DNA of 14,161 nt from Hadesarchaea archaeon (GTDB taxonomy: Archaea; Hadarchaeota; Hadarchaeia; Hadarchaeales; Hadarchaeaceae), in the NCBI GenBank assembly GCA_030601665.1, contig JAUWBP010000014.1:1-14161 (forward strand), read 5' to 3'. The translations under genes and the position numbers were made by a program. Under the pieces are notes generated by a model. It was not told the DNA's origin and searched no databases. It was given only the letters and a program-made list of their open reading frames with translations. Shown here in pieces: positions 1 to 7,572 of the stretch; within the stretch, counting starts at the first letter, position 1; every line of letters starts with the position of its first letter.

Positions 1-219
1 CCCGATCTGGTCCTGCCACAGGGAGAGTATAATCGTCCCGGTTTCGTCGCCCACCTTGGCCTCCGCCACCTTCTTTGCTGCTCCGCCGAGTCTGTTGGGG
101 ATCTCTTTTGGCTCCCCGACACCCGTGACCTTCACTAGCACGTTTACTTTATTCGACCTAGGCGTCAGATCTTTTATCTTCGTTATTCCCACTGGGCCCT
201 CTTCTATTTTTCCTTCCAT
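1..219 (-). CDS. OB-fold single-stranded-DNA-binding protein (short archaeal SSB / SOSS-B1-like). Only the N-terminal 73 codons are present; the gene runs off the left edge.
   Basis: Not in the ORF track because there is no stop in the window. The reverse-strand ATG at 219..217 opens MEGKIEEGPVGITKIKDLTPRSNKVNVLVKVTGVGEPKEIPNRLGGAAKKVAEAKVGDETGTIILSLWQDQIG. This follows the single-OB-fold SSB pattern (I.DL.P...NVN..V.V...E......V.E..VGDETG.I.L.LW.DQ). The reading frame is open to position 1. Confidence 0.6.
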   Translation of the reverse strand, partial: MEGKIEEGPVGITKIKDLTPRSNKVNVLVKVTGVGEPKEIPNRLGGAAKKVAEAKVGDETGTIILSLWQDQIG

Positions 220-249
220 TCTATCCCTTTCTCCGTTGTGCGTGCCACG

Positions 250-257
250 TATAAATA
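250..257 (-). promoter_or_regulatory. TATA-box-like element (TATTTATA on the minus strand) upstream of the SSB gene
   Basis: Plus-strand tataaata at 250..257 reads TATTTATA on the minus strand. It lies about 30 nt upstream of the ATG at 219, consistent with a leaderless or very short-leader archaeal transcript. Confidence 0.4.
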
Positions 258-559
258 GTGATGTATGAAACTTTTTTAGTAAATGCTGTCCGATGTATCA
301 AGTTTTAAGAAGGTTAGCACCGTTTCTTTTGCTTCTTCTTTCGCTTTTTGGCCTTTGCCATTTTTCACTCCCCCCTTCCACATTTTGCTAGTATATCTAC
401 ATGCTCCATCGCTATTAAATATCTGATATTTTCCCGATTTATTTTGGTAATTTTTAATAGATTGGTCGTCATTTTTCAGCAATTCATTTCACATTTTTAG
501 ATCCAATTTTTAGAAAACTTTTTGGCCTATATCAGTTTAGTAGAACTTTGTATTAACAC

Positions 560-1903
560 ATGAGTACAAATCGAAAAATTAGAGGCCTGGGGATGGCGAG
601 TAAGAAGAAAGTAAAGAGAAAGAAAAAGATAAGCAGGCGATTTAAAGTCGCATTAGTTAGCGTGGCGATTACAATAGGAATTGTGGTGCTATTTTTAGTG
701 ATAGATTTGGATGGAGACGGGCTAAGTAACCTAGCGGAGCTTCAGCATAACACGGCGATGTTTGACTCAGACACGGACGGCGATGGACTGAATGACGGGT
801 CGGAAGTGAATGTTCACAGAACAAATCCCTTGCTCGTTGATACTGATGAAGATGGTTTGAGCGATGAGTTGGAAATAAACATTCATAGGACAGATCCACT
901 GGCTGTAGATACAGATGGCGATGGGCTCGACGACGAATCTGAAGTGAACACTTACAAAACCAATCCATTGAACGTGGATATGGACAACGATAATTTGAGT
1001 GATTGGTCAGAAATAATCACTTATGGGAGCAACCCCTTGGATATAGACACGGATGGTGATGGAATTCACGATGGATTGGAGGTAAATGTCTACGAAACAA
1101 ATCTTCTCGATAACGACACCGACAACGATAGATTGCTTGATGGTCAAGAAGTAAATGGGTGGTTCATAACAGTAAATGGTTTAGCTTATCCTGTAACATC
1201 GAACGCATTTTCTAGAGATTCAGATGGGGACAATTTGAGCGATTGGTGTGAGTACACTACTTACCGCTCGGACCCAAAAAGCACGAACACTGACAATGAT
1301 AGTCTGAGCGATTTCTTGGAGATACTTTACGGGACAAATCTCGCTGAGGCATCGAGCGTTGCGCAACCACTCGAGAACGGCCCAGAGTATCCGCATCTGA
1401 ATTTGGAAATAGATTACATGGTCGGTCACGCCCCATCATCCGAAGCGATAGGTTATTTCGAATCATATTTTGAGAACGATCTCGGCGTGGAAGTGGAGGT
1501 AATTTACGACGAGATAACTTCGAGCGAGCTAACGGCGATTGGCGTTTCACTGGATTCGCTCAGCATTCTGGAATTAATTTCGATTGAACAGCACTTTCAC
1601 GATAACCCCATTACTCACCTCTACGTGTTTTACGCGAGGGCACTTGAGGAGAATGAAGCAGGGGGGCTGGCTTCGGGTTCTCACGGGGTAGCTTTGAACG
1701 GAGAATACATCTCAGCAAATATCGCGCGCGAAAGAACTATTTTGCTTCACGAGGTGGGTCACGCACTTGGCTTGGAGCATTCTGATAACTCTCAATGTGT
1801 GATGCAATCGGGACCGATATTCTTAAACCCAATTTATTGTTACGATACGTGGGCGCAACGCAATCTCTTGGATATTTGGTCGGTGGATGAGCCATGGATT
1901 TAA
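560..1903 (+). CDS. Membrane-anchored or secreted protein with an N-terminal signal-anchor, about 8 thrombospondin type-3-like Ca-binding repeats and a C-terminal metzincin Zn-metalloprotease domain (archaemetzincin/M54-like or matrixin-like)
   Basis: 447-aa ORF. A basic stretch (KKKVKRKKKISRRFK) is followed by the hydrophobic VALVSVAITIGIVVLFLVI. The unit DTDGDGLxDxxEVNxxxTNPLxV (DxDxDGxxDxxE) repeats through aa 48-258. The catalytic motif is HEVGHALGLEH at 1748..1780, with a CVM Met-turn at 1796..1804. An alternative ATG sits at 593. Confidence 0.8.
   Translation: MSTNRKIRGLGMASKKKVKRKKKISRRFKVALVSVAITIGIVVLFLVIDLDGDGLSNLAELQHNTAMFDSDTDGDGLNDGSEVNVHRTNPLLVDTDEDGLSDELEINIHRTDPLAVDTDGDGLDDESEVNTYKTNPLNVDMDNDNLSDWSEIITYGSNPLDIDTDGDGIHDGLEVNVYETNLLDNDTDNDRLLDGQEVNGWFITVNGLAYPVTSNAFSRDSDGDNLSDWCEYTTYRSDPKSTNTDNDSLSDFLEILYGTNLAEASSVAQPLENGPEYPHLNLEIDYMVGHAPSSEAIGYFESYFENDLGVEVEVIYDEITSSELTAIGVSLDSLSILELISIEQHFHDNPITHLYVFYARALEENEAGGLASGSHGVALNGEYISANIARERTILLHEVGHALGLEHSDNSQCVMQSGPIFLNPIYCYDTWAQRNLLDIWSVDEPWI
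701..1333 (+). repeat. In-frame tandem array of ~69-bp (23-aa) TSP3-like calcium-binding repeats within the 560..1903 CDS
   Basis: Successive units are DTDGDGLNDGSEVNVHRTNPLLV, DTDEDGLSDELEINIHRTDPLAV, DTDGDGLDDESEVNTYKTNPLNV, DMDNDNLSDWSEIITYGSNPLDI and DTDGDGIHDGLEVNVYETNLLDN, followed by more degenerate copies. Confidence 0.75.
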
Positions 1904-1926
1904 GGATGAGCAGAATTCAATTAAAC

Positions 1927-1934
1927 TTTTAAAA
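1927..1934 (+). promoter_or_regulatory. Candidate TATA box (TTTTAAAA) for the EndoQ-ferredoxin-GGR block
   Basis: An A/T octamer preceded by aattaaac lies about 32 nt upstream of the GTG start at 1966, in a 62-bp intergenic gap. Confidence 0.3.
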
Positions 1935-1965
1935 CGTTGGGCAGCAACATCGAGTAGGTATTGAC

Positions 1966-3210
1966 GTGCCAGAACTCCAGACCTACCCCGCCGACTTACA
2001 CATACATTCCAGATATTCTGGCGCGACTTCAACGAGGATGGTCTTGGACACGATCGCGCAACAAGCCAAACTCAAGGGACTGGTATTCGTGGGCACGGGC
2101 GATGTGTTTCACCCGAGATGGTTTGAGAGCATTAAGACGGAGCTGGCAGAGGTCGCAGAGGGCACCCTCGAGCACCCCCGCTATCACACTCGCTTCATCT
2201 TAACGGTCGAGGTCGAAGACAAACACCGCGTACACCACCTAATTTTTTTACCAGCTGTCGCCACCATCGAAAGCGTGCGTGAGGAGCTAGCGAAGCATTC
2301 AAGTGACATAAATGCAGATGGGCGTGCACGAGTTAACTTGAGTGCTCCCGAAATCGTTGACATAGCATTAGCACACGATTGCTTGGTCGGTCCTGGGCAT
2401 GCGTTCACCCCTTGGACGAGCATGTACAAGGAATTCGACAGCATGCAAGCCTGCTACGGTGATCGAGCCAACAAGGTGAGGTTTCTGGAGCTTGGACTTA
2501 GTGCGGATACCTCGCTGGCCGACCGAATTGCTGAGCTCGCGGACGTTACATTTCTATCGTGCTCGGATGCACATAGTCCGTGGCCAGATAAATTGGGGCG
2601 CGAGTTCACCCGCTTCGAGCTAGCGGAGCCAACTTACGCGGAAATCATCAAGGCTATTAAGCGGGAAAACGGTCGGCGCATTTCGTTTAATGTTGGTTTC
2701 GACCCGCGACTTGGCAAGTATCATCTAACCGCTTGTTCACGCTGTTACGAGCAGTTCACGCTCGAGCAGGCGAAGGCGTCGCGGTGGCGTTGCGACAAGT
2801 GCGGCGGGTGGATTAAGAAAGGTGTCCGGGATCGTGTCAACGAGCTGGCGAATTACTCCGAGCCAAAACATCCACCCCATCGGCCCAACTACCTCAGAAT
2901 AGCGCCGCTCGCCGAGGTCATAGCACTGGCGCTCGGCCACAATGACGCCCACGCGCCCGAGGTTCAATCGCTCTGGGAAAAGCTCGTCGGGCGTTTTGGT
3001 AATGAAATTGAGGTGCTCATCGACGTGCCGGCGGAGGAGCTCGCGAATGTGGCAGGGACAAAAGTCGCGGCTGTGGTTAGGGCATTCAGGGAGGGCGCGC
3101 TGAGGGTAGTTCCAGGTGGAGGTGGGCGATACGGTCATCTCGAAATCCCGCTCGAGCTGGCCAAAGCTCAAAAGCTTGGGGGGCAACGTACGCTGGTGGA
3201 ATTCGAATGA
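1966..3210 (+). CDS. endoQ: Endonuclease Q family protein (N-terminal PHP domain plus C-terminal Zn finger; cleaves 5' of deaminated bases such as dU and dI)
   Basis: 414 aa with a GTG start. The N-terminal PHP motif is ADLHIHSRYSGATS, followed by GTGDVFHP, HHLIFLP, GPGHAFTPWTS and SCSDAHSP. The signature block is GFDPRLGKYHLTACSRCY....WRCDKCGGWIKKGVRDRV (a CxxC...CxxC Zn finger), then VVPGGGGRYG. Length and motif order match my recollection of the Thermococcales EndoQ / TIGR00375 family. Confidence 0.78.
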   Translation: MPELQTYPADLHIHSRYSGATSTRMVLDTIAQQAKLKGLVFVGTGDVFHPRWFESIKTELAEVAEGTLEHPRYHTRFILTVEVEDKHRVHHLIFLPAVATIESVREELAKHSSDINADGRARVNLSAPEIVDIALAHDCLVGPGHAFTPWTSMYKEFDSMQACYGDRANKVRFLELGLSADTSLADRIAELADVTFLSCSDAHSPWPDKLGREFTRFELAEPTYAEIIKAIKRENGRRISFNVGFDPRLGKYHLTACSRCYEQFTLEQAKASRWRCDKCGGWIKKGVRDRVNELANYSEPKHPPHRPNYLRIAPLAEVIALALGHNDAHAPEVQSLWEKLVGRFGNEIEVLIDVPAEELANVAGTKVAAVVRAFREGALRVVPGGGGRYGHLEIPLELAKAQKLGGQRTLVEFE

Positions 3211-3386
3211 GTGTGAAGGTTAATGCGGGTGCATGTATCATGTGTGGCGCTTGCCCGGGCGTCTGTCCTGTTAACGCGATCGAGGTTTCAGTCATCGAGG
3301 TACATATCTTAGACGATTGTACGGAATGCGGGCTCTGCGCCAAGGTTTGTCCGATGGGGGCGATAGTGGTTGAGAGAAAAGTATGA
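3207..3386 (+). CDS. Small 2x[4Fe-4S] ferredoxin (59 aa), likely electron donor for the downstream geranylgeranyl reductase
   Basis: Absent from the ORF track, probably because it is short. The ATG at 3207 overlaps the EndoQ stop (ATGA). Translation is MSVKVNAGACIMCGACPGVCPVNAIEVSVIEVHILDDCTECGLCAKVCPMGAIVVERKV, which carries two CxxCxxCxxxCP clusters. The stop TGA is at 3384..3386. Confidence 0.8.
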   Translation: MSVKVNAGACIMCGACPGVCPVNAIEVSVIEVHILDDCTECGLCAKVCPMGAIVVERKV

Positions 3387-4557
3387 CGTCGTGGTGGTCG
3401 GAGCGGGCCCAGCTGGCTCGATGGCTGCACGAGCTGCTGCGCGCGAGGGAGCAAGCGTCTTGTTGTTTGATAAGCGCCGCGAGTTGGGCGTACCGGTACA
3501 GTGTGGTGAGGCCCTGAATGAAGATGTTTTGAAAGAGCTAGACATTAGGCCGGACTCCCGATGGGCACTCAGCAAGACAAATGCGGTGAAGCTGGTTTCG
3601 CCCTCGGGCATCGAGGTGCGCATAGCCGAGCGGAAGATTGTCGGTAAGATCGGCTACATCCTCGATCGCAAGATTTTCGACAAGTACCTTACAACCCTTG
3701 CAGCCAAGGGAGGCGCGGACATCATGGTCGGAACACTAGTTGATGGACTGATTTTAGAGGACGGCAAGCCCCAAGGGGTGAGAGTGCGGGGGGTGAACGG
3801 CAGGCTTGAGGTAAGAGCTGAGGTCATAATCGCAGCCGATGGCGTAGGCTCTAGGGTGGCTCGCTGGGCGGGACTAAACACCTATCTAAAATTGGATGAC
3901 ATCGAAACGGGCGTTCAATTTCAGATGGTGGGAATAAATTTCGAATCCCCCTCGATGATGGAATATTATTTTGGGAACAAGATAGCGCCCGGCGGGTATT
4001 GCTGGGTGTTCCCGAAGGGCGAGGACATGGCGAACGTTGGGCTGGGGATTCTCGGGAGCCGAGCTGAGCGACGGCCGATCGAGTACCTCAGAGATTTCGT
4101 CGCACGCATGCCGAGCCTCTCGAAAGGGAAAATAATCGAGATAAACGCTGGGGGGGTGCCAGTCGGTGGGCCAATCAAGCAAACGGTGAAGGACAACTTG
4201 CTTGTGGTTGGAGATGCGGCTCGACAGGTGAACGCCTTGACAGGGGGCGGCATCGACTCAGCCATGCAGGCGGGGAATATCGCTGGAGAAGTCGCGGCAA
4301 AAGCAGTGGCGGAGGGTGATACCTCAGAGAAACGGTTGAGCGAATATGAGAAGCGGTGGCGCGAGCTCATGGGGAAGCGGCTCGAGCGCTACTTGAGGGC
4401 GAAGAACGTGCTCGTGAGCTTGACGGACGACGATTTGGATCGACTCGCGAAGGCCCTGAGCGAGGTCAAGTTCGATAAGATAAGCCTGACCGACATGCTG
4501 AGGGTGCTGATAAAGGCGCACCCGAAATTGTTTTGGAAGTTGAAGGGGTTGATGTAA
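3370..4557 (+). CDS. Geranylgeranyl reductase family flavoprotein (digeranylgeranylglycerophospholipid reductase-like)
   Basis: 395 aa. The TTG start at 3370 overlaps the ferredoxin 3' end by 17 nt. The FAD-binding motif is YDVVVVGAGPAGS, followed by DRKIFDKYL, GYCWVFPKG and VVGDAARQVNALTGGGI, all typical of archaeal GGR. Confidence 0.85.
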   Translation: MREKYDVVVVGAGPAGSMAARAAAREGASVLLFDKRRELGVPVQCGEALNEDVLKELDIRPDSRWALSKTNAVKLVSPSGIEVRIAERKIVGKIGYILDRKIFDKYLTTLAAKGGADIMVGTLVDGLILEDGKPQGVRVRGVNGRLEVRAEVIIAADGVGSRVARWAGLNTYLKLDDIETGVQFQMVGINFESPSMMEYYFGNKIAPGGYCWVFPKGEDMANVGLGILGSRAERRPIEYLRDFVARMPSLSKGKIIEINAGGVPVGGPIKQTVKDNLLVVGDAARQVNALTGGGIDSAMQAGNIAGEVAAKAVAEGDTSEKRLSEYEKRWRELMGKRLERYLRAKNVLVSLTDDDLDRLAKALSEVKFDKISLTDMLRVLIKAHPKLFWKLKGLM

Positions 4558-4558
4558 C

Positions 4559-5878
4559 CTAGGGTGTTAGCCTCTTTCTATCTCGTGGAAACAACACGCA
4601 CTCCCTGATGTTTTCGATTGCGGTAAGGGTCATCGTTAGACGATCCAGCCCCAGCCCCCATCCCGCGTGCGGCGGAAGCCCAGCTCTGTGGCTCTGAAGG
4701 TGCGATTCGAAGTTCTGCGGGTTCAACCCTTTTTGCTTGAGCTGTTTAACGAGGAGTGCCTCTTGATGAACACGTGTTCCACCCGAAGCCAATTCTATCC
4801 CTTTATGCATCAAGTCGAATGCCTGTGCAAGCTTCGGGTTGTCCTCCTTTGGCATAGTGTAGAAGGGCTTTATTTTCAGCGGCCAATCCACCACAAAATA
4901 AGCCCCACCGATGAGTTCACCGAGTTTTTTTCCGGCTGGGGTCGGCAGGTCCTCCCCCCACGGGACTTTCACTCCTCCTCGCTCTAATTTTTCGAGGGCC
5001 TCGTCGTAGGTTACGCGCTGGAGTGGCTTCTTTGGGACTTCCAGCTTGTGGTTGAGGGTCTTCAGTTCCTCGGCACATTTTCGTTTGACGTCCGAGAATA
5101 CTTCAACGATCAAATCTTCTAGAATTTTCATCACATCCTCAGCCGCTGCATATGCAACCTCGATATCGATCGAAATTGCTTCGTTCAAGTGACGGGGGGT
5201 GTCGTGCTCCTCAGCACGGAAGATCGGCCCAATCTCGAAGACACGATCGAAGCACCCCGTGAGCACCTCCTTGTAGAGCTGGGGGCTCTGGCTGAGGAAG
5301 GCCTCACGCTCGAAATATGAGATAGGAAAAAGCGCGGCACCGCTCTCCGTCGCGGTAGCCACTATTTTTGGCGTGTTGACCTCAATGAACCCCCTTGACA
5401 CGAGGTGATTCCGCACGCTCTGGAGGACTTGGTGGCGGATTTTGAAAATAGCAAGCGACTCGGGACGGCGGAGGTCCAGGGCGCGAGCATCCAAGCGGGT
5501 ATCTAGATTAGCTTTCACCCGCCCTCTCGGATCGAGCGGTAGGGGAACGGAGGCGAGGTTTAAAACCCTGATTTCAGAAGGGAAAATTTCAACGCCTCGC
5601 GGCGCCTGCTTTGCAGCGACCACTTTGCCCCGTACCGCAACCGCCGACTCTTGGGTCAGGCCGTCTATCTTGGTGAGTAGCTTTTTACCGACTTTAGCCT
5701 TTGGTGCCGTGACTTGGATGGAGCCGGAGATGTCAGAGAGGATGAAAAATTTGATTCCCCCAAGGTCACGGACATCTCCAACCCTCCCCATCGCCACGAT
5801 TTCCTTGCCGGCCAGTTGGGCGGTGACCTCGGTGGAGAGGTGAGTTCGTCGTAGGTTTCCTAATTCATCGAGCTTCAT
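4559..5878 (-). CDS. aspS: Aspartyl-tRNA synthetase, archaeal/eukaryal type (class IIb)
   Basis: An N-terminal OB anticodon-binding domain is followed by motif 2 [15 protein letters not shown], then GGTRVH and motif 3 [10 protein letters not shown] prefer the ATG at 5878 ([13 protein letters not shown]...). The track's TTG at 5899 would overlap the upstream gene's 3' end. Confidence 0.88.
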   Translation of the reverse strand: MKLDELGNLRRTHLSTEVTAQLAGKEIVAMGRVGDVRDLGGIKFFILSDISGSIQVTAPKAKVGKKLLTKIDGLTQESAVAVRGKVVAAKQAPRGVEIFPSEIRVLNLASVPLPLDPRGRVKANLDTRLDARALDLRRPESLAIFKIRHQVLQSVRNHLVSRGFIEVNTPKIVATATESGAALFPISYFEREAFLSQSPQLYKEVLTGCFDRVFEIGPIFRAEEHDTPRHLNEAISIDIEVAYAAAEDVMKILEDLIVEVFSDVKRKCAEELKTLNHKLEVPKKPLQRVTYDEALEKLERGGVKVPWGEDLPTPAGKKLGELIGGAYFVVDWPLKIKPFYTMPKEDNPKLAQAFDLMHKGIELASGGTRVHQEALLVKQLKQKGLNPQNFESHLQSHRAGLPPHAGWGLGLDRLTMTLTAIENIRECVLFPRDRKRLTP

Positions 5879-5885
5879 AGCAACC

Positions 5886-6401
5886 CTACTCGAATACAAC
5901 TGTGATGTTTTTATTAGTTAGTTTCGTTAAGAGGGCTTGAATCCCTTTGACGTTAGCAGGAAGGCGTTTCAAGTGCGGGCGCGGTACCCGTACACGATGT
6001 TCTTCCTTTCCATCCGAGTAGAGCACGTTGACGCCCAGAACCTTCGCAGGGGTGAGGATATCTTGGGCCAGTTTGCGGGTTTGGGCCCCTTCTTCAATCA
6101 AGCGGATTCTCGCCTGGAGCTGATTTTCGAGCTCCCGAACAACTTTGCCCCCCCGCCCAACGACGAAACGTATCTCTCCCCTCCCAACCATCAGGACAAT
6201 CAAACCGCTACTGCTAATCGCATGTTTGAAGTTTATTTTTTCCAACCCTCGGCGTTTTTGCGCTATCTCAAATAAAGTTTTAGAAATTTTAATATCCAGT
6301 TCGGAGATTCTACCTTCTTTTAGCTTGTTTTCACATCCTTGGCAGAGGATACCGCTCCTGAGGCACACGTTGCAGATAGGTGTTCGCAAACCCAAGCCCA
6401 A
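5886..6401 (-). CDS. Zn-ribbon plus KH-domain RNA-binding protein (NusA-like KH fold)
   Basis: 171 aa. The N-terminus has CNVC....CQGC. A KH GxxG loop sits in VVGRGGKVVRELE, followed by a second KH-like half. Start is TTG. It lies 7 nt upstream of aspS on the same strand. Confidence 0.6.
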   Translation of the reverse strand: MGLGLRTPICNVCLRSGILCQGCENKLKEGRISELDIKISKTLFEIAQKRRGLEKINFKHAISSSGLIVLMVGRGEIRFVVGRGGKVVRELENQLQARIRLIEEGAQTRKLAQDILTPAKVLGVNVLYSDGKEEHRVRVPRPHLKRLPANVKGIQALLTKLTNKNITVVFE

Positions 6402-6450
6402 TAGCCCTTCGTTCTGGCGGTTTAAGGGCTTTCAGACTGGGCAAGAGAGC

Positions 6451-6465
6451 AAAAAAAATAAAAAA
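6451..6465 (-). terminator. Oligo-T archaeal terminator signal downstream of alba
   Basis: Plus-strand aaaaaaaataaaaaa reads T6-A-T8 on the minus strand, starting about 15 nt after the alba stop at 6480. Confidence 0.45.
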
Positions 6466-6479
6466 GAGCGCGGGAGGGT

Positions 6480-6830
6480 CTACTTAGCCCTTCCAAGCAC
6501 TATTTCGACGGTCGAAACATTGGCCGTGCCGCGCTCGCCTTGAACCTCTTCAGTCCCAATCAAAATGTTTTTCACTTGGAGCCCCTGCAGGAATCGATTT
6601 TTGGTAATCTCCGCAACATCGACGGCCCTGCTGATCGCTTTGCCTCGTGCCTTCAAGATGACATCGCCGGAACCCATGTTGAACTGCGTTATCACTGCAA
6701 GCACGTAGTTCATCACGGGCTTTATCCCGATAAAAACCACGTTCTCAGCACTTGGTTTTCTCTTCTCGACAGGTTTCTCTTCAGTTACGGCAGGTTTCTC
6801 TTCAGTTACGGCAGGTTTCTCTTCAGCCAT
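6480..6830 (-). CDS. albA: DNA/RNA-binding chromatin protein Alba with a repeat-containing N-terminal extension
   Basis: The core [52 protein letters not shown]...VSTVEIVL is the Alba fold signature. I prefer the ATG at 6830 ([25 protein letters not shown]...), which has GGGAGG about 8 nt upstream. The track ORF extends to 6914 with non-Alba sequence. Confidence 0.85.
   Translation of the reverse strand: MAEEKPAVTEEKPAVTEEKPVEKRKPSAENVVFIGIKPVMNYVLAVITQFNMGSGDVILKARGKAISRAVDVAEITKNRFLQGLQVKNILIGTEEVQGERGTANVSTVEIVLGRAK
6770..6826 (-). repeat. 21-bp perfect tandem repeat (2.7 copies) inside the alba 5' end, encoding EEKPAVT heptads
   Basis: caggtttctcttcagttacgg occupies 6770..6790 and is repeated exactly at 6791..6811. 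A partial third copy lies at 6812..6826, and a degenerate copy just upstream at about 6755..6769. Confidence 0.9.
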
Positions 6831-6881
6831 TGTACCTTGCCTCCCTTTGTTTTTTAGACAATTCTCTCTATCTTCGGCCTT

Positions 6882-6896
6882 CATAAATACCTTTTG
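6882..6896 (-). promoter_or_regulatory. Candidate BRE/TATA (AAAAGG-TATTTATG on the minus strand) for alba
   Basis: The reverse complement of 6882..6896 reads aaaaggtatttatga. It lies about 53 nt upstream of the ATG at 6830, leaving room for a leader that carries the GGGAGG Shine-Dalgarno. Confidence 0.35.
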
Positions 6897-7164
6897 GGGG
6901 TCGAACCAAGGCACGAAAAGGTTAAATTATAACTTTTTGATGTTTTTCTGAACTCTAACAGTCAATATCACCAATAATTCCTCATTTTGACAAAATATCC
7001 CTTTATAAGCTCCCGTTCGGCGTGGTCTTTGTTTTTAGGGGAGATTCGTTTTTCAGATTGCCCGATTTTGGACTTGAAAGATTGGCAAGTTGTAAAAAGT
7101 TAAATTTTTACTTTGTAAAGCTTAGCATTTGGCGTGATTCTTCATGTTAAAGATGAGGAAGTGA

Positions 7165-7572
7165 CTAACGCCGTCGTGGGACTTCCTTTGTAAGCTGTAC
7201 CATTCGCTTTTCGATCCTGTCCCGCAGCTCATCCATGTTTCCTTCGCCGCGAGCCAGCGTGACGTAGTCGAGCATGTCGTCTACCATGAGCTCGGCGGTT
7301 TCGGCTTCGAGGATTCCCGCGTAGACAGCTAGCTCGAGCGTGTAAAACGAGCGCATGATAGCGTCACGCCCCCTCCACCAGCGCTTCCAGGCCCCAGGCC
7401 TCTGAATTCGGAGCTTCTCGGCGAGCTCCTCAAAGGTCGCGCCCTCGCTCCAGTAGTGAAGGAGCATGGTTCTGAGCGTTTTTTCGTCTAGGTGGGACCT
7501 CTCCAGCAGCGCGCGGGCGAGCAAATTCTCGCGAAGCCATTTTTCGGCTCGGACGAACTCCTCTCTTGACAT
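7165..7572 (-). CDS. Small DNA-binding protein with a sigma-70 region-4-like helix-turn-helix and a C-terminal helical domain (function unknown)
   Basis: 135 aa. LLERSHLDEKTLRTMLLHYWSEGATFEELAEKLRIQRPGAWKRWWRGRDAIMRSF follows the sigma70_r4/ECF pattern (L.ER.R.V..L.Y.EG.S..EIAE.LGIS.GTVK.R..RAR..L). A strong GGAGG lies 6 nt upstream of the ATG at 7572. Confidence 0.65.
   Translation of the reverse strand: MSREEFVRAEKWLRENLLARALLERSHLDEKTLRTMLLHYWSEGATFEELAEKLRIQRPGAWKRWWRGRDAIMRSFYTLELAVYAGILEAETAELMVDDMLDYVTLARGEGNMDELRDRIEKRMVQLTKEVPRRR

Noticed and set aside
56-268. 70-aa plus-strand ORF from the track
   Set aside because: It lies antisense to the much better supported OB-fold SSB reading frame (1..219, minus). 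Its sequence is low-complexity (Ser/Pro/Phe-rich) with no motif, so it is a shadow ORF.
276-482. 68-aa Lys-rich minus-strand ORF between the SSB gene and the metalloprotease gene
   Set aside because: It has a TTG start, sits in a very AT-rich divergent promoter region, and shows no recognisable domain or convincing RBS. It may be a real small protein, but I cannot support that from the sequence. The direct repeat ATTTTTAGA at 493..501 and 506..514 looks like promoter-type AT-rich sequence.
2737-4370. Several long minus-strand ORFs (2737..3186, 3086..3454, 3309..3623, 3654..3881, 3886..4182, 3966..4370) antisense to EndoQ and GGR
   Set aside because: They are typical antisense shadow ORFs in GC-rich coding sequence. 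They are Arg/Pro/Ser-rich, have no motifs, and each is fully contained in a strongly supported plus-strand gene.
4555-4561. Convergent GGR and aspS stop codons separated by a single nucleotide
   Set aside because: This is real but ordinary for a compact archaeal genome. It implies overlapping 3' UTRs but nothing more specific.
6540-6857. 105-aa plus-strand ORF with a FLFSYGR repeat
   Set aside because: It is the opposite-strand reading of the alba gene. Its repeat is simply the 21-bp tandem repeat read on the other strand.
6831-6914. 28-codon N-terminal extension of the alba ORF in the track ([28 protein letters not shown])
   Set aside because: The internal ATG at 6830 has a GGGAGG Shine-Dalgarno. 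The TATA-like element at 6882..6896 falls inside this extension, so the extension is more likely 5' UTR and promoter than coding sequence.
6945-6960. Weak direct repeat TTTCTGA..CTAACA shared with 9412..9430 as possible att or target-site duplication of the cassette
   Set aside because: Only a 7-mer and a 6-mer match, the spacing differs (3 vs 6 nt), and the sequence is AT-rich. This is too weak to call element boundaries, so it is mentioned only as context in the cassette finding.
6935-7000. Possible C/D-box sRNA (tgatgt ... ctga) in the alba-cassette spacer
   Set aside because: The C-like and D'-like boxes are only about 5 nt apart. There is no second C'/D pair at the proper ~12-nt guide spacing and no terminal stem.
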